Source: Pirellulales bacterium (GTDB lineage Bacteria; Planctomycetota; Planctomycetia; Pirellulales; JAICIG01). From it: DNA of 64,000 nucleotides. Shown piece by piece: positions 55,670 through 64,000 of the stretch; positions within the stretch are counted from its first letter, which is position 1; each line of letters starts with the position of its first letter. The stretch lies in NCBI GenBank assembly GCA_040901675.1, contig JBBDYJ010000029.1:51929-115928 (forward strand). Direction: 5' to 3'. The notes under the pieces were generated by a model, which was given only the letters and a program-made list of their open reading frames with translations, was not told the DNA's origin and did no database searches. The position numbers were made by a program, and so were the translations under genes.

Positions 55670-57496
55670 ATGAAGCCCAGGCACTCGTCCGGTCGAGGCG
55701 GCCCAGACTGGGGGCGGCGTCATTTTCTCCGCTCGGCGTCGGCCGGCATGATGGCGGCCGCGCTGGGAGCGGGGGGCTGCACCACCCCGGCCATCCGGCC
55801 GCAAAGCCCGGACGAAGGCGACACGGCCGGCTCGCCGGTCCGCCTGGTAGGCGACCTGGCGGTGCCGTTCGGCATGCACCCGGTGCGGATCGAGGCGGTG
55901 GGCCTGGTGGCCGGACTGCCCGGAACCGGCAGCGATCCGGGACCGTCGCCGCAGCGCGATGAGCTGATCGACGAAATGAAGAAGCGGGGCGTCCCCTATC
56001 CCAACCAGGTGCTGGCATCGTCCACCACCGAGCTGGTCCTCGTCCGCGGCTATCTCCGCCCCGGAATCCAGAAGGGCGACCACTTCGACGTCGAAATCCG
56101 CGTCCCCTCCCGCAGCGAAGCCAGCAGCCTGCGCGGAGGCAGGCTGATGGAGACCCGTCTCAAGGAAATGGCCGTCCTCGATGGCCGCGTTCGCGGAGGC
56201 AAGGTGCTGGCGCTGGCGCAGGGCCCGATCCTGGTCGACCCGGCCGCCAGGGGCGAAGACGACCGGGTCAAGCTGACCCGCGGCCGCATCCTAGGCGGCG
56301 GAGTGGCCATGGAGACGCGGAAGATGGGGCTCGTGCTCAAGCCGGACAACCAGAACGTGATGGTCAGCGGCCAGATCGGCGCGGCCATCAACCGCCGCTT
56401 CCACATGTTCAGCGCCGGCATCAAACAAGGCGTGGCCAATCCACAGAACGACAAGTACATCGCCCTGGAGGTCCACCCCCGCTACAAGGACAACATCGCC
56501 CGCTACCTACAGGTGCTGCGGGCCTTGAGCGTCCGGGAAACAACCGCACAGCAGCAAAGCCGGCTGGCCCTGCTCGAACGGCAGTTGCTCGACCCCATCA
56601 CCTCCTCGGCGGCGGCCTTGCGGCTGGAGGCCGTGGGCAAGGACGCGGTCAAGGCGCTCCTCAAAGGCATTGAGGCCGACCAGGCCGAAGTGCGGTTCTA
56701 TGCCGCCGAGGCACTGGCCTATCTCGATCAGACCGAGGCCATTGCACCGTTGGCCGAGGCGACCGGGGAACCGGCTTTCCGGCCCTATGCGCTGGCGGCC
56801 TTGAGCGCCATGGACGACTTCAGCGCCTACGAGGCGCTGGCCGAGCTGCTCTCGGTCGACAGCGCGGAGACGCGTTACGGAGCCTTCCGTGCCTTGTGGG
56901 CCATGAACTCGCTGGATCCGCTGGTGCGCGGCGAGAACCTGGGTGATCAGTTCAGCTATCACCTGCTCGATACCCAGGGCCCGCCGATGGTCCACGTGAC
57001 ACGCAGCCACCGGCCCGAAATCGTGCTGTTCGGGCCGAAACAGCGGCTGGCCGCGCCGGCGGTCGTGGAGGCCGGCAAGAAGATCATGATCAATGCCCAC
57101 GACGACGCGAACGTCACCGTCAGCCGCTTCGCGGCCAACGAACCCGACCAGAAGCGGGTGGTGACCACCAGCCTGGACGAGATTATCCGCGCCGTCGTCG
57201 AGCTGGGCGGCACGTATCCCGACGTGGTCCAGGCCCTGCAGCAAGCCAAAGCGAGCCGGGCTTTGACCAGCCGGCTGGCCGTCGACGCCCTGCCCGCTGC
57301 CGGCCGCACGTACGAACGCTCCGACGGCGAAGAAGAGACGGAGGCCAGCGAGGTGGTGGTGGGCAACCCCTTGCCGGCCCTGTTCGGCGGACCGCGCAAC
57401 AGAGACCCCGACCAGAAGAAAGCCACGGGCGTCCAGGAGGAAAAACCGGCCCCCAAGAAGTCGCTGTTTGGTAAAATAACCTCGCGCGACCGCTAG
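55670..57496 (+). CDS. FlgI (P-ring)-like Tat lipoprotein with HEAT-like repeats
   Basis: GRRHFL plus AGGC lipobox; GLVAGLPGTGSDP, GDHFDV, SLRGGRL, LAQGPI (FlgI-like); VRFYAAEALAYL, TRYGAFRAL (HEAT-like). Confidence 0.8.
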   Translation: MKPRHSSGRGGPDWGRRHFLRSASAGMMAAALGAGGCTTPAIRPQSPDEGDTAGSPVRLVGDLAVPFGMHPVRIEAVGLVAGLPGTGSDPGPSPQRDELIDEMKKRGVPYPNQVLASSTTELVLVRGYLRPGIQKGDHFDVEIRVPSRSEASSLRGGRLMETRLKEMAVLDGRVRGGKVLALAQGPILVDPAARGEDDRVKLTRGRILGGGVAMETRKMGLVLKPDNQNVMVSGQIGAAINRRFHMFSAGIKQGVANPQNDKYIALEVHPRYKDNIARYLQVLRALSVRETTAQQQSRLALLERQLLDPITSSAAALRLEAVGKDAVKALLKGIEADQAEVRFYAAEALAYLDQTEAIAPLAEATGEPAFRPYALAALSAMDDFSAYEALAELLSVDSAETRYGAFRALWAMNSLDPLVRGENLGDQFSYHLLDTQGPPMVHVTRSHRPEIVLFGPKQRLAAPAVVEAGKKIMINAHDDANVTVSRFAANEPDQKRVVTTSLDEIIRAVVELGGTYPDVVQALQQAKASRALTSRLAVDALPAAGRTYERSDGEEETEASEVVVGNPLPALFGGPRNRDPDQKKATGVQEEKPAPKKSLFGKITSRDR

Positions 57497-57544
57497 CACG
57501 TCCTTCGGTTCGGCCGATCAACCGCGGCCCAAATCCGCCCGTTC

Positions 57545-60500
57545 ATGCTCAAGGCCCTGGAACTCGTCGGCTTCAAAAGCTTCGCGGATAAGACTCGTTT
57601 CGAGTTTCCGCAGGGCATCACCACGGTGGTCGGTCCGAACGGGTCGGGTAAGTCCAACGTCGTCGACGCCATCAAGTGGGTGCTTGGCGAACAGAGCGTC
57701 AAGAGCTTGCGTGGAAAGGAGATGGCCGATGTCATCTTCAACGGCTCGGGCAGCCGCCACGCGCTGAACGCCGCCGAGGCCACGCTGACTTTCGACAACC
57801 CCGGCCGCGTGTTGCCGATCGACACTGCCGAAGTGCACATCACGCGGCGGGTCTACCGCAACGGCGAGGGTGAGTACCTGATCAACCGCCAGCCGTGCCG
57901 GCTGCGCGACATCCGCGACCTGTTCTCCGGCACCGGCGTAGCCACCGAGGCCTACAGCGTCATCGAGCAGGGCAAAGTCGATGTCATGCTGCAGGCCTCG
58001 CCCCGCGACCGCCGGGCCATCTTCGAGGAGGCCGCCGGAATCAGCCGCTTCAAGGCCAAGAAGATCGAAACGCTCAGGCGCTTGGAGCGCGTTGACCAGA
58101 ACCTGCTGCGGCTCAGCGACATCGTCGAGGAGGTCGATAACCGTCTGCGGAGCGTGCGGATGCAGGCCGCCAAGGCACGCCGGTACAAGGAACACACCGA
58201 CCGCCTGCAGCAATTGCGGACCCAGGTGGGACTGGTCGATTGGCGGAAGCTGTCCGCCCGGCTGGCCGGACTCGAAAGCGAAGCCGGAGTCCTGGCTGAT
58301 CAGCGCGACCAGGCGGCGGCCCAGGCCGAGTCGCTGGAAGCCCAAGCGCTTCAACTGGAAACCGCCCTGGCCGACCAGGCCGAGTTGATCCGGGCCAGTG
58401 AGGCCGCCCACGCCGAGAACGGACGCGAGATCGCCACGCACGAGGCGGCCATCCAGCACCAGCGGGCCCGCGTTGGCGAGGCGGAGGAGGAGGTCGCCCG
58501 CCACATGCGGCAACTGGCGGCCATGAGCGTCAAGGCGGGGGATCTCGAGCAGCAACTCCGGGAAACCTCGGCGGCCGTGCGTGAGGCCGACGAGCAGCAC
58601 ACCCACCGCAAGACGCAGTTGGCCTCGCGCGAACAGTCGCTGGCCGAGCTGGCCGCGGCGCTGGCCGAAATGCGAGCCGAGTACGAACGCGACCGCGGCC
58701 AGTGCCTCGAGGCGACGCGGGCGGCGGCGGCCCTGGCCAGCGAGGTGCAATCGCTCGAAGCACAGGTGCAGGCGGCCCGCGGCGAGCGGTCCCGGCACGT
58801 CGAACGCCTTTCGGAGTTGGACGAAGCCCGCCAGGCGCTGGCCGGCGAGTTGAACCAGCTCGCGCGCCGGCAGCAGGAACTCGTGGAGGCCGTTGACCGC
58901 CGCGGGGCGGAGTGGTCGCATGCCCAGGCCAGGCTGGCCGAGCTGCGCCATCAGCAGCAGGCCCGCCAGGCCGAGTTGGCTCGGCTGCGCCAGCGCGAGA
59001 GCGGCGCGGCGGAGCGATCGAAGCTGCTCGATGAACTCGAACAGCGGCAGGAAGGCCTGGGCGCCGGAGTGCGGCAGGTCCTGGCCGAGGCCCGCAAGGC
59101 GGCCGACGGGCCTTTTCGTCATGTTCGCGGCCTGGTGGCCGACCTGTTTCACGTCAGCGTGGAGATGGCCCCGCTGATCGAGGCGGCCCTGGGCGAGTGG
59201 GCCCAGTATTTCGTGGTCAGTCAGGACGACGAGTTGGTGGCGCTCGTCGAGCGCGAGACGTACCATTTCCAGGGACGCGTCGGCTTTATCCGTCTTGCCG
59301 AGCGCGATCCGGCCGGCTGGGAGAAACCGGCCGACCTGGAAGGTCAGCCGGGAGTGCAGGGGCGGGCCGATCACTTCGTCGATACACCGGCCGAGCTGGC
59401 GCCGCTGGCCCGGCGTCTCCTGGGCCGCACCTGGATTGTCGAAAAACTGTCGCACGCCCGGGCCTTGGCCGAGGGCATGGGGCGGGGACTGTCGTTCGTG
59501 ACGCTGGCCGGTGAGGTGCTGGCCGCCGACGGCACGTTGTCGGTCGGACCACGCTACGCCGCAACCGGCCTGATGTCGCGGCGCAGCGAGCTGCGGGCGC
59601 TGAAGCAGCAGCTTGCCCAGTTGGCCAGTGCCATCCGCGACGAGTCGGCGGCCCTGACCGAGTTGGATCGCCAGATGGCCGCCGAAGCCGAGCGATGCCA
59701 GGCTTTGGCGGCCGAGCACCAGCGGGCGGCCGATGCCCTAGGCGAGCACCGGCTGCGCGTCCAAGCGTCCCAGGGCCGCCACCAGCAAATCGGCGAACAG
59801 AGCGAGCTGCTCACTGTCCAGCTCGACGAAGTGTCGCAGCGCCTGGCGGCGGCGGGCAGCCGGCTCGAACAATCGCGCCAGCGCTTGGCCGAGGTGGAGG
59901 ATCGCCTGTGCCGTTTACAGGCGGCCGACACCGCGATTGCCGAGCAAATGGCCGAGCTGGAAACGCGCCGCCAGCAGTGCCAGCGCGAGGCGACGGCGGC
60001 CAAGGTCGAACTGGCCAAGAGCGAAGAGCGGCTGTCCAACCTGCAAGGCCGCCTGCGCCAGTTCGACGACGACCAGCAGGAACGGCGGCGGACCATTGCC
60101 GAATGCCGAGCGCAGCTTGCTCAATGCCGCCAGCGGGCCCGCCAGTCGCAGCAGGCCATCCTGGCGGCCGAATCGCAAGTGGCGCAGCTCTACCTGGCCA
60201 AAGAAGGACTGGCGGCCCGCACGGTGGTGCTCATCAACGGCCGCGAGGCGCAGCGCCGGTCGCGGGCCGACCTGGTGGCCCGCGCCCAGGCCGCTCGGGC
60301 GTCGGCCAGGCAGTTCGAAGAGCGGCAGCATGCCAAGGAATTGGCCGCCAACGAGGTCCGCCACGAGCGCTCGGCCTTGGCTGACCGGCTGCGGGAGGAT
60401 TATGGCGTGGAGTTGGCCGAGCTGGCGCCGCCGGCGGGCGACGAACAAGCGCGGCAGCGCGACGAGGTCGACCGAGAGATCGCCGAGCTGCGGCGCAAGA

Positions 60501-61171
60501 TCAACAACATCGGCAACGTCAACCTCGACGCGCTTGCCGAGCTGGACGAGCTGGAGTCGCGGCACGCCAGCCTGTCGGCCCAGTACGACGACCTGGTGAA
60601 GGCCAAGGACTCGCTGGCGCAGATCATCGGCAGAATCAATGCCGACAGCCGCCGGCTTTTCTGCGAAACGCTGCAGACCGTGAAGGGCCATTTCCAGGGC
60701 TTGTTCCGTAAGCTGTTCGGCGGCGGGCAGGCCGACATCATTCTCGAGGAGGGGGTCGATATCCTGGACAGCGGCATCGAGATCGTGGCCCGGCCGCCTG
60801 GCAAGGAGCCGCGCAGTATTTCGCTGTTGAGCGGGGGTGAGAAGACGCTGACCTGCGTGGCCCTGCTGCTGGCCATTTTCCAATACCGGCCCAGTCCCTT
60901 CTGCGTGCTCGACGAGGTCGATGCGTCGCTCGACGAAGCGAACATCGAGCGTTTCATCGCGGTGCTGCAGGAGTTTTTGGCCTGGACACAGTTCATCGTG
61001 GTCACGCATTCCAAGAAGACGATGACCTGCGCCACGACGTTGTACGGCGTAACGATGCAGGAATCGGGCGTATCGAAGCGGGTTTCCGTCCGGTTCGACG
61101 ACGTGAGCGACAATGGCGAGATCCGCCTGCCCGACCGGCCAGCCGACCCCGCCGAAGAAGCGGCCGCGTAG
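57545..61171 (+). CDS. smc: Chromosome segregation protein SMC
   Basis: [16 protein letters not shown], coiled coils, hinge, [18 protein letters not shown]. Confidence 0.97.
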   Translation: MLKALELVGFKSFADKTRFEFPQGITTVVGPNGSGKSNVVDAIKWVLGEQSVKSLRGKEMADVIFNGSGSRHALNAAEATLTFDNPGRVLPIDTAEVHITRRVYRNGEGEYLINRQPCRLRDIRDLFSGTGVATEAYSVIEQGKVDVMLQASPRDRRAIFEEAAGISRFKAKKIETLRRLERVDQNLLRLSDIVEEVDNRLRSVRMQAAKARRYKEHTDRLQQLRTQVGLVDWRKLSARLAGLESEAGVLADQRDQAAAQAESLEAQALQLETALADQAELIRASEAAHAENGREIATHEAAIQHQRARVGEAEEEVARHMRQLAAMSVKAGDLEQQLRETSAAVREADEQHTHRKTQLASREQSLAELAAALAEMRAEYERDRGQCLEATRAAAALASEVQSLEAQVQAARGERSRHVERLSELDEARQALAGELNQLARRQQELVEAVDRRGAEWSHAQARLAELRHQQQARQAELARLRQRESGAAERSKLLDELEQRQEGLGAGVRQVLAEARKAADGPFRHVRGLVADLFHVSVEMAPLIEAALGEWAQYFVVSQDDELVALVERETYHFQGRVGFIRLAERDPAGWEKPADLEGQPGVQGRADHFVDTPAELAPLARRLLGRTWIVEKLSHARALAEGMGRGLSFVTLAGEVLAADGTLSVGPRYAATGLMSRRSELRALKQQLAQLASAIRDESAALTELDRQMAAEAERCQALAAEHQRAADALGEHRLRVQASQGRHQQIGEQSELLTVQLDEVSQRLAAAGSRLEQSRQRLAEVEDRLCRLQAADTAIAEQMAELETRRQQCQREATAAKVELAKSEERLSNLQGRLRQFDDDQQERRRTIAECRAQLAQCRQRARQSQQAILAAESQVAQLYLAKEGLAARTVVLINGREAQRRSRADLVARAQAARASARQFEERQHAKELAANEVRHERSALADRLREDYGVELAELAPPAGDEQARQRDEVDREIAELRRKINNIGNVNLDALAELDELESRHASLSAQYDDLVKAKDSLAQIIGRINADSRRLFCETLQTVKGHFQGLFRKLFGGGQADIILEEGVDILDSGIEIVARPPGKEPRSISLLSGGEKTLTCVALLLAIFQYRPSPFCVLDEVDASLDEANIERFIAVLQEFLAWTQFIVVTHSKKTMTCATTLYGVTMQESGVSKRVSVRFDDVSDNGEIRLPDRPADPAEEAAA

Positions 61172-61194
61172 GTCAGGAGTCGGGAGTCAGGAAA

Positions 61195-61311
61195 ATCGCC
61201 GTAGGGATTGACGGCGATGCGGCGGGCGCCGTGTGCAGCGGGGTCGGTCAACAGGAGGGCGGCGCGGCTGACGATGCGCTTGGCATCGGTTCCGACGAGC
61301 TCGACGCCGTC
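61195..61311 (-). pseudogene. C-terminal fragment of UDP-GlcNAc 2-epimerase (WecB-like)
   Basis: DGVELVGTDAKRIVSRAALLLTDPAAHGARRIAVNPYGD matches the LVGTD...NPYGD(G) tail of WecB; the rest of the gene is absent. Confidence 0.7.
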
Positions 61312-61453
61312 CGCTCGCCGCGTATCGGTTCCTGGAACCTGGTATGTAGGCGCAAAGCGGAGGGCCCCTACGATGCAAGTCCTTGCGATACAGTTATTTA
61401 GGCCCATTGATCGGCGCAGGTGCCGATCAAAGGATGGGTGTCTTATTTCTCCT

Positions 61454-61660
61454 CGCAATTCGGTGCGAGCGAACTTGGCGGACCGAGCCGAGGCGTGGCC
61501 TTGGTCGAGCGCGTGGCGGATGCTTCGGGGGGCGCCATCGTCGCGAGCCATTCTGTGCGACTGGCCAATTCCCCGGCCAAGCAATTGGCTGGTGCGGGTG
61601 AATCGCGTCGAGACGAAAGGTGAACTGGAATCGTTGCGGCGGTCGGTGCAACGCCGCGGC
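61454..61660 (+). pseudogene. Fragment of a Y1 (IS200-like / REP-associated) tyrosine transposase
   Basis: RNSVRANLADRAEAWPWSSAW matches NPVRAxL...AxxWxWSS, followed by WPIPRPSNW...ELESLRRSV; HUH motif and catalytic Tyr are missing. Confidence 0.7.
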
Positions 61661-61776
61661 CTCAGCGCCGTGCAGAATTTACAGCCTTGCAGGAAGGACA
61701 CGGCCATTTTACCGGCGGTTGCGGGGCTGCCGACGACCCCGGTTCGGCAACAATGAGTCGCGTCCTTTATCCCTTC

Positions 61777-62490
61777 TCACTTAGACACGATCTCACATCG
61801 CCTAAGTCTGCGCGTGAGGGACTCTATTCCATCTTCGGTAACATTTGTTTCACGAAGGAACAGAAACTCCAAATTGGATAGCTCGCCCAACTGTCTAAGT
61901 CCCGCGTCGGAAAGCTGTGTGCCAGTCAAGTCAAGGCACTTAAGGTTGTGCAGATCCTTAAGATATCCGACGCCGTCGTCAGATATGGCGGTGTAATGAA
62001 GCGCCAGCCATTCAAGGCTCCTCGACGACCTCAGAAACGCTATCCCCGTGTCGCCGACTTCCGTATGACCTAGATTTAACGAACGCAATCGCGGCAAACA
62101 CGCGACGTGCTTTAGCCCCAGTCCCGAAATTGCCGTACCTTGCAAATTCACTTCCTCCAAGCTCGTTAAGCTTCTTAGGGGCGCCAGGTCCGCATCAGTG
62201 ATGCGCGAGCGACGACGAAAGTGCACGGCCACAACAGCGCGAAAACAATCGTCGCCAAGTATGGCTTTTAACCATGGCGGGCCTGGCGGGGCCGCGCCAG
62301 TCAATTGGCCATCAGTATTGATTTCGTAGTCATAATCGACGACCGCTCCACAACCTTTGAGCGCGGCCACCGCCTCTTCCTGCCTTTTCGCGCGCTGGAC
62401 CCCACAACCCAACCAAGCCATGCAAATTGAGAGACCGAACATACACACAAACAATGTGCGAAGACGGAACTGGCAGCGGTTGAGTGGCAT
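61777..62490 (-). CDS. Membrane-anchored LRR protein, putative immunity protein
   Basis: QFRLRTLF leader plus TM, PGPPWLKAILGDD, LRR units LxxLxLxxTxI(S/G)DxG; directly downstream of the Rhs gene. Confidence 0.85.
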   Translation of the reverse strand: MPLNRCQFRLRTLFVCMFGLSICMAWLGCGVQRAKRQEEAVAALKGCGAVVDYDYEINTDGQLTGAAPPGPPWLKAILGDDCFRAVVAVHFRRRSRITDADLAPLRSLTSLEEVNLQGTAISGLGLKHVACLPRLRSLNLGHTEVGDTGIAFLRSSRSLEWLALHYTAISDDGVGYLKDLHNLKCLDLTGTQLSDAGLRQLGELSNLEFLFLRETNVTEDGIESLTRRLRRCEIVSK

Positions 62491-62594
62491 TGAAGCTCTC
62501 CTGAACGTAGTACCTTACCCAGAACGCGTTCGGCAATCACGTTTCGCCAGACTTTGCGTGCCGTCCTTGCCACGTCTTACATGTGGGAGCCTTT

Positions 62595-64000
62595 CTACGG
62601 TTTCACTTCTATACCGAGATCCTTGAACTCGCATGGTGGGTCCTCATTCTGAATGCAAATCCCCTTCCCGGAATCAGACTTAAGGTGCTTGCATCCAAAG
62701 TAGACTCCGCATTTGATACAACGCTTTCGCTTTGAAGCGTCATCTGGAAAAGCCAATTCGCACGACTCTTCATAGGCTTTCCCCTCCTGAATCTTGCAGC
62801 TAGTGCAATTTGTAATCCCAGAGCCCGCGGCGCAGAAACGTTCGACATGAACCAGCTCGTGGGCTATTACCGCATCAAGAGAGTTATCGGCAATTTTGCA
62901 CGATATGCAGACGTCGATGAGGTATTGTCCTGGTGCGACGTTCCTAGGTGGCGCCGTATAGCCGAGAAGGTCGTTTGGGCATGTCTCGCGACATTCGACC
63001 ATCGCAATGCAGGTACCTTTGCCTCCCCGATAGCGGTACTTTTCAAGGGGGAGTTCCTTTACTTTGGCATTACAGCAATCGCAAGGACCCTCAGCGCCTT
63101 CTTTCTCTGGATCGGGACGCACGGCTTGCATACCCTGCGGGTCAACCAGGCTGATGGGATCGTTCTCAACGAAGCGATAAAGGTGCAAGCCGTATTCGCT
63201 GTAGCCCAGCGGATCACGGTTCAGAAACCGACCGAGGCCGGAGTGCAACTGTCGTCGACGAAGGATGAAGAGACCTGAATCGGCGTCCCACCGACAGCTT
63301 GCAAAACGGGTTTCCCAATCGTACAAAGAAGACGGTCGGTCGCCGAACGCCGCCGTCAAGACGCTCGTGGCACCGTAGGCACTATAGTTAAATCGCTCTT
63401 GCACGGCACTGGATGCATTGACTACCACCGTCACGTTCCAATTTGCGTCTTCGATCGCGTACAGCCGCTCGTCCAGTGTGCCGTCGGCGTTTGTGTCTCG
63501 ATCTCGGCAAACGAGATTATCGGGGTAGCGCAGCCCCCAGACGAATTGGCGATCAGCGGCGGTGGAGATGCCGAGCCGTTCCTCCAGCACCTGCCATTTG
63601 TCCGAGTAGTAGAAATGGCTGGTGGCGCCCGAGACGAGCTTCTTCGTTCGGCGGAAGAGGCCGTCGCAGGCGTATTCTCCGACCGTGCTCCCGCCATTCA
63701 TCAGTTTCATCAGCCGATTCCACGCATCCCACGTCGCTCTGTAGCTGGTCGTTGGATCAGCGTTCTGCGGGATGAGAACCATGTTTCCTGCGCGGTCATG
63801 CATGGGATCGACCCAATCGGCACCGGCACTGGCGCTGATGGTTGAGATCTCGTTGACCTGATTATGCGTTCGGGATTGATCGAGGTCCCAGGTCCCGTTG
63901 CCGTCGGCGTCCTCCTTGAAGGCCGCCCAGTTGCCCGTCGCGTCCAGCGACCACTCCTGCGCGAACGTGAGGCCCGTGATGGCCGTCTTGCCGGCGTTCA
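62595..64000 (-). CDS. Rhs-repeat polymorphic toxin (5' part outside window) with Cys-rich HExxH C-terminal domain
   Basis: Frame is open to the window edge (WSLDATGNW...HNQVNEI); WDAWNRL, ERFNYSAYG, GRFLNRDPLG...NDPISLVDPQG; C-terminal HELVH. Confidence 0.92.
   Translation of the reverse strand, partial: NAGKTAITGLTFAQEWSLDATGNWAAFKEDADGNGTWDLDQSRTHNQVNEISTISASAGADWVDPMHDRAGNMVLIPQNADPTTSYRATWDAWNRLMKLMNGGSTVGEYACDGLFRRTKKLVSGATSHFYYSDKWQVLEERLGISTAADRQFVWGLRYPDNLVCRDRDTNADGTLDERLYAIEDANWNVTVVVNASSAVQERFNYSAYGATSVLTAAFGDRPSSLYDWETRFASCRWDADSGLFILRRRQLHSGLGRFLNRDPLGYSEYGLHLYRFVENDPISLVDPQGMQAVRPDPEKEGAEGPCDCCNAKVKELPLEKYRYRGGKGTCIAMVECRETCPNDLLGYTAPPRNVAPGQYLIDVCISCKIADNSLDAVIAHELVHVERFCAAGSGITNCTSCKIQEGKAYEESCELAFPDDASKRKRCIKCGVYFGCKHLKSDSGKGICIQNEDPPCEFKDLGIEVKP

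Noticed and set aside
20636..59719. Long antisense or alternate-frame ORFs (e.g. 20636-23383, 26062-28560, 37451-39868, 57518-59719)
   Set aside because: Shadow ORFs expected opposite real genes in high-GC DNA; no recognisable motifs.
63803..64000. Rhs gene starting at ATG 63803, or a frameshift there
   Set aside because: The frame stays open with Rhs-type sequence to the window edge, so the true start is outside the window.

Overview
GC-rich bacterial chromosome segment, almost certainly from a planctomycete (Pirellulales-like). This rests on the DUF1549/DUF1553-DUF1501 pair, DUF1080, an FlgI-HEAT lipoprotein next to smc, an LRR protein with a QFxLRTL leader, and Uma2 paralogues. Most of the window is core or metabolic: rsgA, rnpB, a Ser/Thr kinase, the imuA-imuB-dnaE2 mutasome, tRNA-Met, a xanthine dehydrogenase-family M-S-L cluster with moaD, ALDH, mutS, PTPS/citG/OleB-like genes, ppk1, dnaJ-rnpA-yidD and smc. 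It ends in an Rhs polymorphic toxin with a putative LRR immunity gene. Most notable observations: (1) a dispersed GTGG-footed REP-like palindrome family, three copies of which lie in frame in the imuA ORF, plus a broken REP-associated-type tyrosine transposase near the right end; (2) a ~1 kb orphan LRR cassette bounded by a 59-bp duplication of the moaD 3' end; (3) an Rhs C-terminal domain with 17 Cys and an HExxH motif reminiscent of Atp23/M76 peptidases; (4) a ~35-bp motif shared upstream of the Gfo/Idh/MocA and DUF1080 genes; (5) a canonical plus degenerate tandem ANTAR regulator pair; (6) a cluster of three perfect palindromes. All calls come from motif recognition by eye; no database searches were run.
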